From the IMG/VR virus record IMGVR_UViG_2684623151_000005: a stretch of DNA of 64,000 nucleotides; one strand, 5' to 3'. Under the pieces are notes generated by a model. That model saw nothing but the letters and a program-made list of their open reading frames with translations. It ran no database searches and had not been told where the DNA came from. This stretch comes from an uncultured virus (IMG/VR IMGVR_UViG_2684623151_000005) (Duplodnaviria; Heunggongvirae; Uroviricota; Caudoviricetes). The translations under genes were made by a program, and so were the position numbers. Below are positions 41,735 to 52,760 of this stretch, in pieces. Position 1 is the stretch's first letter; each line of letters starts with the position of its first letter.

Positions 41735-42487
41735 CTAACATTTTTTATTTATTTTATTTATAAGAGAATTAACATCTTTAATAAAAACTTCAATATTTGA
41801 AATATAAGTTTTAGGATTATCCTGTTTTAAATTAACATTTATAAATCCTTTAACTTCTTTAACAAAAACACTACATTCTCCAAACTTTGATTTCACAATT
41901 TCTTTTAATATAGCTTTATTTCTATCTGTTGGCTCTAACAATCTTGTACCAAGAAACTTACAAATATCTAAATTATATTCCTGATATCTATAGTCTTTAT
42001 TGCATTCAAAATTTAAGCCTCTTAAAATAGAAGCAAAATCTTCTAAAGAAATTGATAAATTTACCTTTAAAATACCATCTTGATTTATCATGACTTCCGA
42101 TACACAACCTAAAGATAATTCATTGTACCACCATTGACTTATGTAGTTTTTAAAAAACTTCATAAAATTTTTTATCTTAAAAATATCTACTTCCCCATCA
42201 ACAAAACTATCTCTTAACCTGTTATTTTCCTCTACTAATTCTTTAATTCTATTTTTTAATTTCTGTTCATTCGATTTAACTTTAATATCATAATTAATAC
42301 ATTCATTTAATTCAGTTAAATAATCATGATATAAGTGCATATAATCGTGAATTAAGCTTAAATTTTCTTTACTTCCAACAGATTTTGCTATAGTTGTGTT
42401 TAATAGACCCATCTTAGAAATAATACTTTTAGCCTGTCCTATTTTATCAGAACTTAGTTCATATTCTTTACTGTTATTCTCTTTCAT
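41735..42487 (-). CDS. Hypothetical protein
   Basis: 250 aa with RBS AAGGAG. Confidence 0.75.
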   Translation of the reverse strand: MKENNSKEYELSSDKIGQAKSIISKMGLLNTTIAKSVGSKENLSLIHDYMHLYHDYLTELNECINYDIKVKSNEQKLKNRIKELVEENNRLRDSFVDGEVDIFKIKNFMKFFKNYISQWWYNELSLGCVSEVMINQDGILKVNLSISLEDFASILRGLNFECNKDYRYQEYNLDICKFLGTRLLEPTDRNKAILKEIVKSKFGECSVFVKEVKGFINVNLKQDNPKTYISNIEVFIKDVNSLINKINKKC

Positions 42488-42564
42488 AATTACCTTAATT
42501 TCTCCTTTTATATGTATTATAAAAAATTCATTCTTTAGATGTTGATTAAATTCTATATAAATAT

Positions 42565-43125
42565 CTAAAAAACTTCATTTCCCCAACAATCCCAACCTTC
42601 TTTGTAGTCTCTTGCAAACAATTCAATTTTAGGCTCACTACCAAATAACTCATCTATTCTCTTTGCTGTTTCTATAGGCTTTTTACTATGAATTGTTCTA
42701 ACTTCATTTAGAAGTCCTTTAACATTATTTGCTTTTTTATATTTACTCATAGTACCTCTGACACCTAACAAACATATTTCCCAACTCTTTAATGTCCAAG
42801 GAGCAAAATTATAGCATATATTACCTGTTTCATAATGCTTAATCCAATTAAATGCTATAGTTTTATATTCAAACCCCCAACTTTCCATAATTTCTATTCC
42901 TACCTTTAAATGACTATCTGTAACCCACATAAAACATACACTATCATCTAATGCTAAATCTTTTACAGGTAAACTTTTTAAGTCATTTACAGATAAAGTA
43001 CTATAATAGTTATCTTCTAAAGATATGAAATTTTTTCTTTGACAAGATTTCCCCGAATATTTCCAAGGTGGGTCTACATATATACCCCTATATTTTTTAC
43101 TTGTATTAAATATATTTTGAAACAT
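42565..43125 (-). CDS. MT-A70 family adenine methyltransferase
   Basis: YVDPPW, FMWVT, WGFEYKT, HSKKP, IELFAR and GWDCWGNEV motifs. Confidence 0.92.
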   Translation of the reverse strand: MFQNIFNTSKKYRGIYVDPPWKYSGKSCQRKNFISLEDNYYSTLSVNDLKSLPVKDLALDDSVCFMWVTDSHLKVGIEIMESWGFEYKTIAFNWIKHYETGNICYNFAPWTLKSWEICLLGVRGTMSKYKKANNVKGLLNEVRTIHSKKPIETAKRIDELFGSEPKIELFARDYKEGWDCWGNEVF

Positions 43126-43330
43126 TTAATTTCCTTTCTCATCCAATATATTATTTAATTAGACTTTTGTCAAATAATATATTTTAAGCAATAAAAAGAC
43201 TTTTATAAACTTTTTTGTTTCTCAAAAGTTGTTTAAATAACTTTTTAAATATAAAGAAAGGATTTAAAGAAAATTCTACCTTTAGATATTTTCTTTAAAT
43301 CCTTTTACTACAAATTAAAATTTTATATTA

Positions 43331-44101
43331 TTAATCATTTAAATAATCAACAAGTTCATTACCTTTCGTGCTAAATTGCTTCAGCATAGAACAAAGTAAT
43401 CCAAATGATACTGCTGAATGTCCTTGAGTTTCAACAAGTCTTTTTATATGTTTAAAGCTTTTACCATCATTAAGAAGCTTTATAATATCTAAACATTGAC
43501 TTAATGAAATTCCTTCATTTAAATCATTAAGCCTTATTGGAACTACTCTATCCCATTCCCCCCACTTATCTTCTTCTAAAACTTTTCTCCCCTCTTCCAT
43601 CCAAAATTTTGATAGTTCAGGAATTCGTCTTTTAAATTTTTTAGAACGCCCTAAAAAATCTTCAATCTCTTTGCAATACTCTTCTTTACTTCTACCAGTT
43701 ATCTGTTTATAAGCATCATCTAATGTTACTTTATCTGAATACAATATATGACCGTTAAAAGAACCATATACTAACTCACCTTTTTCCTTATACATTAATA
43801 GTTCATTGACATATTCATCTATTGTAACACCTGGCAACACTTTTATTTCTTTATATTTATAAAGCTTCTCTTTTAACAATATATATATTAAATCTAATGC
43901 CTTAGTTTTATTTGCAATTTGACTTCTTTCGGATGAACATCCAACAGATAATCCATAACTTTCTAAGCTTACAACAACTTCACCATTACATTTAAAATTT
44001 GCATTTCCACAAGTCCATGCCCTTTTAATATCTATTTTAAAATCAAACTCTGTTATTCCAAATTTTTCGAATTTAGAATAATCATAATTAAAATAACTCA
44101 T
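43331..44101 (-). CDS. Hypothetical protein
   Basis: 256-aa ORF with RBS AGGAG. Confidence 0.8.
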   Translation of the reverse strand: MSYFNYDYSKFEKFGITEFDFKIDIKRAWTCGNANFKCNGEVVVSLESYGLSVGCSSERSQIANKTKALDLIYILLKEKLYKYKEIKVLPGVTIDEYVNELLMYKEKGELVYGSFNGHILYSDKVTLDDAYKQITGRSKEEYCKEIEDFLGRSKKFKRRIPELSKFWMEEGRKVLEEDKWGEWDRVVPIRLNDLNEGISLSQCLDIIKLLNDGKSFKHIKRLVETQGHSAVSFGLLCSMLKQFSTKGNELVDYLND

Positions 44102-44124
44102 AAGAAAACTCCTAAAATAATGAA

Positions 44125-44430
44125 CTAAATTACTGAAAAAACAACAGAATTTAATTCATTACTATAATATATATTCTCAACAGTTAAGTTTTCTAAATTA
44201 TTCAATTTTGCTGAAAATATATTAGATTTATTATCATCTATATACTTTAACAAATCCTGAATTAATATATCATCGCCTGAATTATCTACATTTGAGACTA
44301 ATACAATCTCTTCATTATCCTTTTTTAAAAGTTCTTTAACTTTAAAAGTAGTAAAATTATCGTCAACTATAACTAAATTAGTGTCATTATTTATATTGTT
44401 TAAAAGTTTCATTATATCTTGATTTTCCAT
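44125..44430 (-). CDS. Hypothetical protein
   Basis: 101 aa with RBS GAGGAG. Confidence 0.7.
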   Translation of the reverse strand: MENQDIMKLLNNINNDTNLVIVDDNFTTFKVKELLKKDNEEIVLVSNVDNSGDDILIQDLLKYIDDNKSNIFSAKLNNLENLTVENIYYSNELNSVVFSVI

Positions 44431-44432
44431 AA

Positions 44433-44633
44433 CTAAAACTCCTCTCTTTTATTTTCTACATTAACATAACTATCATTTTTATTTATTTCTTTAATACATT
44501 TCAAGCTACAACAAATTGAATGTTTTAATTTTAAACTTTCATCATGGTATTTAACTAAGAAAACATTCTTATTACAATCATTATTACATACACTACACTT
44601 CATTATTATCACTTCCTTTTTCAATAAAATCAT
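44433..44633 (-). CDS. Small zinc-finger-like protein
   Basis: CSVC...CCSLKC; probable start ATG 44603. Confidence 0.6.
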   Translation of the reverse strand: MILLKKEVIIMKCSVCNNDCNKNVFLVKYHDESLKLKHSICCSLKCIKEINKNDSYVNVENKREEF

Positions 44634-45124
44634 TATATTAATCTATTTTACATTTGTCAATCAAAGAAAAATAAAAAAGTAAGCTATGTTACACACAGCT
44701 TACTTGAACTATTTTAGTTTATATTAATAGGAAAAAAATATATTTATTAAATATATCCATTATAAACAAAAGAACTTTTAAAGTAATCTAAGTATATAAT
44801 ACTATTAGACTTTTGTCAAATTTAAAATTTTGGCTAATTATTATAAAGTTTATAAAGTAAATACCTTATACAAAATAGTGTAAGTCCACTCCAAAATTTA
44901 GTTGATATTGCAACTTTATAAAATATTTTAAAATGTAAAAAAACAAACAAATAACAATTGTAAGGTAGAGATTGCACTTAATTGCAGTCTCTAATTTTTT
45001 TTATAAAATAATGAGCTTATAAAAGCATGATGTATTCCTTATTTGAAGTGTCCCCTATAGGATAATATTTAATAATAAATAAAAAAAAGTTGTATGATTA
45101 TAGTTAAACATACAACTTTTTTCT

Positions 45125-45916
45125 TTAAAATTTTATTTTTTCAACGTCTATCAAGTCATCGAAATGTGCAATCACTTCTTGTTCTTTACTATTATAAAAG
45201 TCTTTTACACAATCTATATGAATTTTAGCTTTATATACTGATTTTAAATTAGAATCTAAATCAAATCTATTAGCAAACCATACAGCTACTTCTTTTGATA
45301 AGCTCCATGAATAAGCTTCTTCTATACTTGATGACTTAGAACCTTGTCCTCTATATATAACTAAGTACCCATCTTCATCTACATATTGCTTCAAAAACTC
45401 CTTACTTTCAGGAGATAAAGAAAAAATTTCAGAAATGATTTCTTTACTTATATATCTAAATCCATACTCTAAATTAGGATATATATTCCTAATGGCCTCC
45501 AATTTATCTTCATTTAAATAATTATAATATATATTAATAAATGATATGATATAAGGTTTAACCATTTTAATAAATAATCTATCTAAACACAAATTGTTGT
45601 CATCCCAATATGAGTCAACCTTTGTTTTTAGTTCACTCAAATATTTAATAATCCCAACTATATTACCATATGGTAAGTCAAACGCAAAATTCCTATATAC
45701 AAATATAAATTGCTTTGTAAAAAATAAAGTTTCATCATAATTTATACAATCAATATTTAAATTTGATTGTATAAATAAATCTTTTAATTCATCCCATGAA
45801 ATAAGCTTATTTCCATCTAAAGAACCAAACTTATTAAGGATATCTATAAAATTATTTTTAAGTTCCTCTGATTTACTTACTACCTCTATGTTCAATAATT
45901 CCGTTAAATCTACCAT
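45125..45916 (-). CDS. Putative ADP-ribosyltransferase-fold protein
   Basis: C-terminal IYRG...YSWSLSKEVAVWFA...EQEVI (R-S-E pattern). Confidence 0.55.
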   Translation of the reverse strand: MVDLTELLNIEVVSKSEELKNNFIDILNKFGSLDGNKLISWDELKDLFIQSNLNIDCINYDETLFFTKQFIFVYRNFAFDLPYGNIVGIIKYLSELKTKVDSYWDDNNLCLDRLFIKMVKPYIISFINIYYNYLNEDKLEAIRNIYPNLEYGFRYISKEIISEIFSLSPESKEFLKQYVDEDGYLVIYRGQGSKSSSIEEAYSWSLSKEVAVWFANRFDLDSNLKSVYKAKIHIDCVKDFYNSKEQEVIAHFDDLIDVEKIKF

Positions 45917-45932
45917 CTATATTACTCCCTTT

Positions 45933-48512
45933 TTAAATACTTCCTAAGAATTCGTCAACAATTTTTTTCTTTAATGATGTTCTTCGAACTCTTCTTTTAC
46001 TTATTTTTACTGAAGCTTCCATAACTGAATGATTACCTGTTATATAAACTACATCCTTTGCTCTCGTTATTGCAGTATATAATATGTGTATATCCCACAT
46101 CCCCCTATGTGATGAACTAATTGGGAAAAGAACATACTTCCATTGAGAACCTTGAGATTTATGAATAGTAACAGCATAAGCTAATTCTAAGTTATCAATT
46201 AAATCACCATCAAAGAATACAAAACCTTCCTCAAATTCAACGATAACTCTTTTTTGTTTACTACCACTCTCTGTAACAACCTCTTTAATTTCAACAACTG
46301 TACCAATTTCTCCATTGGTTATACCAAAGATATTCAATTCTTCATAAGAACCAAATCTATCCTTTTTATACCATTTTAGGTCATAAACATTTTTTTTATT
46401 CATAGCCCTATCTCCAACTTTTATATACTGTTGAATTTCTTGGTCTACATTATTCATTCTTATTGTAAATTTTTCTTTTTTTATTTTAAGCCCTGTATCT
46501 TTTGGATTTACTTTAGACTGAATATAATAATTTAAAAAATTTACACCTAATAATCCTTTCTTTTGTGGTGAAAGTATTTGAATTTCATTAATATCAACTT
46601 TAGAAATTAGTCTTGTATAACTCTCTACTAAATTATTTAACATTTTTTCTTCTTCATGGCAAGTTTTAAAATGAAATTCACCTTTTTGTCCATCTTGAAC
46701 AGGCATATGAGAAAGAACTCTTTCTGCATTGATATTAATTTCACTAAATTCCTTTTGTCTTTTAGGAATAAGTAATTCACACACATTGAATGACTTACTC
46801 TCTATAATGTCCTTAAGAATAGAACCAGGACCTACAGATTGTAATTGTTGAATATCACCAACCAAAATTATTTTTTGCCCTAAAGTCATAGCTTTTAGCA
46901 AATCTCTTAATAAAAATACATCAACCATTGATGTTTCATCAAGTATTAAAACATCTTGGGTTAATGGATTTTCTTCATTAAATTCGAAGTTACCTAAAGT
47001 TCCATTTAGTCCTCTATGAATTGTCTTAGCATCTCTTTCATCCATTGCCTTTTGCATGACCTTTGATGCTCTGCCTGTTGGTGCAAATAAATTATAGACC
47101 AATGGTCTTTGAAATCTCTTCTCATTAAGTCTTTTATTTAATTCAAGTAGTATTTTAAGAGTAAATGTTTTACCTCTACCTGCACTACCAATTAATACAT
47201 TTACGCCCCCAGTATAAAGGTTAAAGTTAAGACAAGCTTCATATTGTCTATCTTCTAACTTTACATTTTTTTCAGCAAGTATATTATCAAGTTCTTGTTT
47301 TACAATATTTTTTGAATTTTCTATATCATAAAACATGGGTTGCTTTGAACATTCTAATTCAAAAAGTTTTTTTGCTATAACCTGTTCAGCATTCCATATA
47401 GATTGAAGATATATTCTCCCTTCATTTGATAATATTTTTTTCTCATCTTCTAAGATATTAATACACTCTACTATTTCTCTTGGATTTAACTCAACCAACT
47501 TATACTTAAGATATTCTTTCTTTATAGCATTTTTTTCGCTATTATAAGCTTTATAGCAATCTGCTAATTTAGAATAAATAATTTGATAAGTTTTTCCACC
47601 TAAATCATATGTACAGCATTTATTTGATTGTTCATTTTTTAAAAGTTTAAACATTTCTTTACCATCTAATTTATAAGATAGATAGTTAGTTGCCTTTTGA
47701 ATAAACAAATCTTCCTCAAAATAACAATGTCCACAACCTGCTATTTTGATTAACATGTCAATTATACCTGCTTTAATTCTATGTTTAGATTTTATATCTC
47801 CACCTAATGATATAGCTATTTTATCAGCTTTTTCAAAAGAAAACCCTGAAGTTTCAATAAGTAAATATGGATTTTCTTTAATAATATCTACTGATTTAAC
47901 CCCAAATTTTCTATATAGAGCATTAGCATCTTTAACTGAAATTTCATAGCTTAGTAATTGAACTAATATCTCTTGTTTGATAATATCATCTTTAATTGAT
48001 GTTGCAATATCAATAGCTTTTTCAGGACTTAATCCTTTTATAGAATTTGCAACTTCTTGAGGATTGTTTATTATAGCCTCCATACTATTTAATCCATATT
48101 TATCAAAAATTCTTTCTGATAAAACATCTCCTAATCCTCCAAATGTTTTTAAGTGATTTATTACTCCAATCTTATTTATAGGATTAGTTCTATTTATATT
48201 TTGAATTTTGATACTTTGAATTCCATTAAACTCCTCAACTTTACCAATTACTTTATAAGTATTTCCTATAACTAATCTTTCGCCAACAACTCCTGCTATT
48301 TTTATACTATAATCATATAATGCCTCCCCATTTGAATAAGCATTATCACAATAGTAAACTCCCCAAGAAGAATCTTCTTTAAAAATATATTCTTCTTTAA
48401 CAACAAGTTTAGCTGTTACTTGTTCATCTTTTTTCATGCTCCAAAAATCATCAGCTTTAACTAATCCTTTGATTAAATTATTTTTTACTGCAGTATTCAT
48501 TCTTACATACAC
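45933..48512 (-). CDS. recD2: RecD2-like SF1B helicase
   Basis: HhH region, ENPY, GSAGRGKT, APTGRA, DETSMVD, GDIQQL, AYAVTIHKSQGSQ and YTAITRAK motifs. Confidence 0.93.
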   Translation of the reverse strand: MYVRMNTAVKNNLIKGLVKADDFWSMKKDEQVTAKLVVKEEYIFKEDSSWGVYYCDNAYSNGEALYDYSIKIAGVVGERLVIGNTYKVIGKVEEFNGIQSIKIQNINRTNPINKIGVINHLKTFGGLGDVLSERIFDKYGLNSMEAIINNPQEVANSIKGLSPEKAIDIATSIKDDIIKQEILVQLLSYEISVKDANALYRKFGVKSVDIIKENPYLLIETSGFSFEKADKIAISLGGDIKSKHRIKAGIIDMLIKIAGCGHCYFEEDLFIQKATNYLSYKLDGKEMFKLLKNEQSNKCCTYDLGGKTYQIIYSKLADCYKAYNSEKNAIKKEYLKYKLVELNPREIVECINILEDEKKILSNEGRIYLQSIWNAEQVIAKKLFELECSKQPMFYDIENSKNIVKQELDNILAEKNVKLEDRQYEACLNFNLYTGGVNVLIGSAGRGKTFTLKILLELNKRLNEKRFQRPLVYNLFAPTGRASKVMQKAMDERDAKTIHRGLNGTLGNFEFNEENPLTQDVLILDETSMVDVFLLRDLLKAMTLGQKIILVGDIQQLQSVGPGSILKDIIESKSFNVCELLIPKRQKEFSEININAERVLSHMPVQDGQKGEFHFKTCHEEEKMLNNLVESYTRLISKVDINEIQILSPQKKGLLGVNFLNYYIQSKVNPKDTGLKIKKEKFTIRMNNVDQEIQQYIKVGDRAMNKKNVYDLKWYKKDRFGSYEELNIFGITNGEIGTVVEIKEVVTESGSKQKRVIVEFEEGFVFFDGDLIDNLELAYAVTIHKSQGSQWKYVLFPISSSHRGMWDIHILYTAITRAKDVVYITGNHSVMEASVKISKRRVRRTSLKKKIVDEFLGSI

Positions 48513-48715
48513 TCCTCTTAAAATAAAAAAATTTTACCTATTTATACTTTATATATTATATAAAGTAAGAGTTATTACGATAACTTTTATAAAACAAATA
48601 ACATTTTTAGTTTATTTTATACTTTGACTTTTGTCAAAACAAAGCATAAACATATATGTTATCTAATATTTTATAAATTAATATAGTATATAAAAAATAT
48701 ATAGGAGATGATTGT

Positions 48716-49153
48716 TTGAAGAAAAATAAAAAGATTTATTTAATATTTATATTTGCCTTAATATCTACATTAATATCATTAGCTCTATTAGGTATGACTT
48801 ATTTCAAAATTAAAGAAAGAGAAGATGTTTTCAATACATTATCAAAATATAATACAATGTATTCCTCAACTTTAAACAAGCATAATGAATTAACAAAGCA
48901 ATTAAATAATAAATCTATAAACAATTATGTATATGTAGATGAAAACAATAAATTAATAACAGATTTAAATAAATTAAATGATAACATAAGTCAGTATAAA
49001 GGCTTATGTCCTAACAATTATGTACATATAGTAGAAATTGAGATTCAAAAAATAGATTTATTAAAGTCATTAATAAATGGGGATATAAATAGCGATACAT
49101 TTAACACTAAAGCAAAAGATTTAAACTCAAATATAGCTTCTAAATTTGATTAA
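48716..49153 (+). CDS. Membrane-anchored hypothetical protein
   Basis: N-terminal TM segment; RBS AGGAG. Confidence 0.7.
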   Translation: MKKNKKIYLIFIFALISTLISLALLGMTYFKIKEREDVFNTLSKYNTMYSSTLNKHNELTKQLNNKSINNYVYVDENNKLITDLNKLNDNISQYKGLCPNNYVHIVEIEIQKIDLLKSLINGDINSDTFNTKAKDLNSNIASKFD

Positions 49154-49264
49154 AAATAAATAAAATCTTGAAGTATAAATTAATCTTATATTCCTTATTT
49201 ATGTTTAATATAATAAACAAAAGATTTAAAGGTGCAATTTTGCTGATTAAAAGGAGGAAATACA

Positions 49265-49567
49265 ATGAAAAATAAAAATGATTTATTTTGTGGAATAGAT
49301 ATAATTTTGATTGCTATATTCTTTATATATATAATTTCACATTGCATGTATATATTTTTATACTTAAATTTAATTACTATAATATTTATAATTATAGATT
49401 TTATAGTATCTTATATTAACATGAAGCATATACTTAAATACACTACTTCACAAAGTTTATCAATTGGATTTATATCTGCTATACTTATAGCTCGTAGTCC
49501 AATTATAAGCTTACTATTTATTGGTATAAGTATAATAATATTTATAATAAAATTTATTTTAAAGTAA
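49265..49567 (+). CDS. Small multi-TM membrane protein
   Basis: Highly hydrophobic; RBS AAGGAGG. Confidence 0.7.
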   Translation: MKNKNDLFCGIDIILIAIFFIYIISHCMYIFLYLNLITIIFIIIDFIVSYINMKHILKYTTSQSLSIGFISAILIARSPIISLLFIGISIIIFIIKFILK

Positions 49568-49680
49568 AAAAAGCTGTTATTTAATATAACAGCTTTTTTA
49601 ATATTACTTTGCCCCTAATCTACCATATTTAAACAAAGAATTCTTTCCTAAAATAACTATAATCTCTTTACCTTATATCA

Positions 49681-50004
49681 CTATCCTCTTCTATTTATTT
49701 TTTTTGCCTCTTTAATAAGATTTTCGTCATAAAATACGACAGAATTGAAATTCAAAAAGGCTATACCTAAGTAAGTTGTTAAATCATCTAATGTAGGAAA
49801 TTTAATATTTTCATCTATTGAAGATGCGTATATATTATACATACTGACTGCATTTTTCCTATTAAATGATACAGTATATATTTTGTTATTATTTCTATCA
49901 TAAAAAATATCTTTTATAACATAAACTGTGTTCAGTTTTAAATCGCTCCACTCTCCACTAATAAGTACAAATTTATCTCCTACTTTTAATTCTCTTGTTT
50001 TCAT
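49681..50004 (-). CDS. Hypothetical protein
   Basis: 107-aa ORF. Confidence 0.65.
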   Translation of the reverse strand: MKTRELKVGDKFVLISGEWSDLKLNTVYVIKDIFYDRNNNKIYTVSFNRKNAVSMYNIYASSIDENIKFPTLDDLTTYLGIAFLNFNSVVFYDENLIKEAKKINRRG

Positions 50005-50127
50005 TTTTCACACATCCTTTTAAATAAAAAATTTTTACCTTTTTTTTTGAATTTCTATATTATATACTTTAAAAGTTTGTTAAATAACCCTAATAAAAAT
50101 AAAGTCAAAGATTTTAAATCTCTGACT

Positions 50128-50331
50128 CTATATCCTTATTAAATATTTATTCCCTTTTTCATCCTCTATATATACTTTATTATTATCAATGCCATTTTTT
50201 AATTTTATAGTAGTATATAAAGATAATGCTCTACGAACAACTTCTTCTTCTGTTCTCCCTTCTTTTTTAGCAATCAATTGTATTTTTGCATAAGCCTCAT
50301 CATTCAAAGTGAATTTATTGTTTTTATCCAT
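50128..50331 (-). CDS. Ribbon-helix-helix (CopG-like) DNA-binding protein
   Basis: KFTLNDEAYAKIQLIAKKEGRTEEEVVRRAL. Confidence 0.7.
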   Translation of the reverse strand: MDKNNKFTLNDEAYAKIQLIAKKEGRTEEEVVRRALSLYTTIKLKNGIDNNKVYIEDEKGNKYLIRI

Positions 50332-50536
50332 TTATTTTTAATGAGAAGTAAAAAAACTCTCATTAAATCTTCACCTCCTACTTATATAAATCTCATTATA
50401 ATAATATAATTTATAATCCTTATATATAACTTATTTATTATTTAGATTAGCTATATACAAAAAGATATGGAATTAGATTTTACCTTTAACCTATTCCATA
50501 TCTTATAATAAGCCTTTAAACTAAAAATAAATTCTA

Positions 50537-51601
50537 TTATTCATTAGATTTAGAAGCCTCTTCTTTCACACTATCTTCCGTTTTATTTTCTTCTGAACTT
50601 GACTTATCATCAGATTTAGATTCATCTACTTTTGTCTTATCATCAGATTTAGTTTTAGATTCTTCCTCAATTGATTTTGAAGGTTTAAATGTTTCATTCA
50701 TAACATTATTTAATGTTTCAACATATTTTCCTTCATTAACTGATGGATTTTCTTTTAACACATCAAGTATCTTACTTAAATTCTCTGCTAATTGAGTTCC
50801 TTTGTAATCTGAAATATACTTTTCATAAGACTTAAGTATTTCAGGCTTAACCTTATTATCTTTATCTAAGAAAAATCTATGATTAGTTTGGAACATTATT
50901 TGATAATAGTATTGTTTAGAAGATTCCCATTGTGGAAGATATGGGCTTTTTTTATACTTTTCTTCTGACTTCTCTATAGAATCTATTCTCTTAGCAACTT
51001 CATCTAAATCGAATGTTTGTTTTTCGATGTCAAAAATACTTTTATTATCTTCTTTAATTCTAAATTCTATAAATTCCTTCAAATCAGTAGATATGTATTT
51101 CTCATAATGTTTTAAAACATAATCCATATCAACTGTAACATAATAATTACTTGAATTTTTTCTTAATAATAAATGGTCTTTCTCTATTTGTTGTAAAAAC
51201 CCTTTTACTATACCATTAGGCAACTTTTTATACTCTTTACCTTTTGTTAGGTCAAGCTTATACTGTTCAGCTTCACTATCCATTAAAGGTTTTATTGCAT
51301 TAAGTATAGCCATATCTTGTGAATTTAATTGATATAAATCAAATATATATGTATTTATAGCTTTAGTAGCATTATCAACATTAAGTTTATTTATATTAGA
51401 ATCAACTTCTTTTTGTAACTTCTCTAAAGAAACGCCTGTAGCTACTTGATTAGCAAGTTTATTATTAAATTCAACTTGTGCTTTTTCTGCCATAGGAGTA
51501 TTTTCTAACTTATATTTATGATAACCATATACCCCTCCACATATAGCAATTGCAACTACTATACCTGCCCATATATATTTTTTTAAATTCTCTCTATTCA
51601 T
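50537..51601 (-). CDS. Membrane-anchored extracellular protein
   Basis: N-terminal TM segment and an acidic/Ser/Lys low-complexity tail. Confidence 0.8.
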   Translation of the reverse strand: MNRENLKKYIWAGIVVAIAICGGVYGYHKYKLENTPMAEKAQVEFNNKLANQVATGVSLEKLQKEVDSNINKLNVDNATKAINTYIFDLYQLNSQDMAILNAIKPLMDSEAEQYKLDLTKGKEYKKLPNGIVKGFLQQIEKDHLLLRKNSSNYYVTVDMDYVLKHYEKYISTDLKEFIEFRIKEDNKSIFDIEKQTFDLDEVAKRIDSIEKSEEKYKKSPYLPQWESSKQYYYQIMFQTNHRFFLDKDNKVKPEILKSYEKYISDYKGTQLAENLSKILDVLKENPSVNEGKYVETLNNVMNETFKPSKSIEEESKTKSDDKTKVDESKSDDKSSSEENKTEDSVKEEASKSNE

Positions 51602-51670
51602 ACAAAAACCTCACTCTTAATATTTCTATTAAATATTATATTTTCGAACTTGACAATAGTCAATATAATA

Positions 51671-52651
51671 TTAACTAAGGTTTGTTATAGTAGTAATCTT
51701 ATCTGTAATTCTATTATAATTAAATGAATATTTCTTTATATTATTACCTGATTGTATTGATAAAACATAAGAAGTTTCTGCATTTGCATTTATATTAGTA
51801 TTCATAATATAAGTTACTCCGTATTTCCCCTTAGAAGAGGAATTTATATCTTTAAATAATTCAATTAATACATCTTCATTATGCTTCTCTATTTTTATTG
51901 AAGATACAAGATTTTTTACATTACTTATATCATTAGGATTATCATTATAATTATCATAAACAGTCTTATTTAATAACTTTTTCAAAATAGTGTTCAATGA
52001 TGTTTTAAAATTAGAATTTAAGTCTCCTGATAAATAAGGCTCATTAGATAATGGATTTCTTGTATTAGCTTGTGTATTTAACTCTCCATCTTTTTGAATA
52101 GAAACAATACTATTATTTTCATCTAATAACATTTTAAATGTCTGTATTTTAAATCCTGGATTATCTGATACAAAATTCATATCAACAATAATTTCTTTAT
52201 ATATTCCAGAACTATCAGCCCTATAACCTGCTCCTACAACATTCATAGACCACAACTTATCTCCAACATTTTGTATAGCTTTTCTATAAGTATCAAGTAT
52301 AACATTACTTGTATTATCAACTAAAGTAGTTTTAAAAGTTGGGCTAACAACATTTATAGAACTCATATACTGACCAAATAGCTCTTTTATACTGTTGTTG
52401 TTAACTTCCCCTACTAACTTATTTATCGTTTTCTCATCATTCAATCCACTAAATAAATTTTCAACAACACTATCATATTTTTTCAAATCTTCTGTTGAAA
52501 CATTATCTTTTTCTAAATTAAGCACATTTACCAACATTAAAGGAGAATCTTTTTTTACTAAACTACTGTCTATGTTTTTATTTGAACATCCAACAAAAAA
52601 TGTAGGCATGATAAGTCCTAATGCAAGTAAATATTTATTTTTTATTTTCAT
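51671..52651 (-). CDS. Putative lipoprotein
   Basis: Lipobox FVG|C. Confidence 0.8.
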   Translation of the reverse strand: MKIKNKYLLALGLIMPTFFVGCSNKNIDSSLVKKDSPLMLVNVLNLEKDNVSTEDLKKYDSVVENLFSGLNDEKTINKLVGEVNNNSIKELFGQYMSSINVVSPTFKTTLVDNTSNVILDTYRKAIQNVGDKLWSMNVVGAGYRADSSGIYKEIIVDMNFVSDNPGFKIQTFKMLLDENNSIVSIQKDGELNTQANTRNPLSNEPYLSGDLNSNFKTSLNTILKKLLNKTVYDNYNDNPNDISNVKNLVSSIKIEKHNEDVLIELFKDINSSSKGKYGVTYIMNTNINANAETSYVLSIQSGNNIKKYSFNYNRITDKITTITNLS

Positions 52652-52760
52652 ACTATAAAAGTAGACTTGTTTTAAGCCTACTCTACACCTCCTATACTCT
52701 TAATATATCCTTCAATAATTTCTATTTGTGATTCAAAAGTTTTTACAAGAACCTATAACT

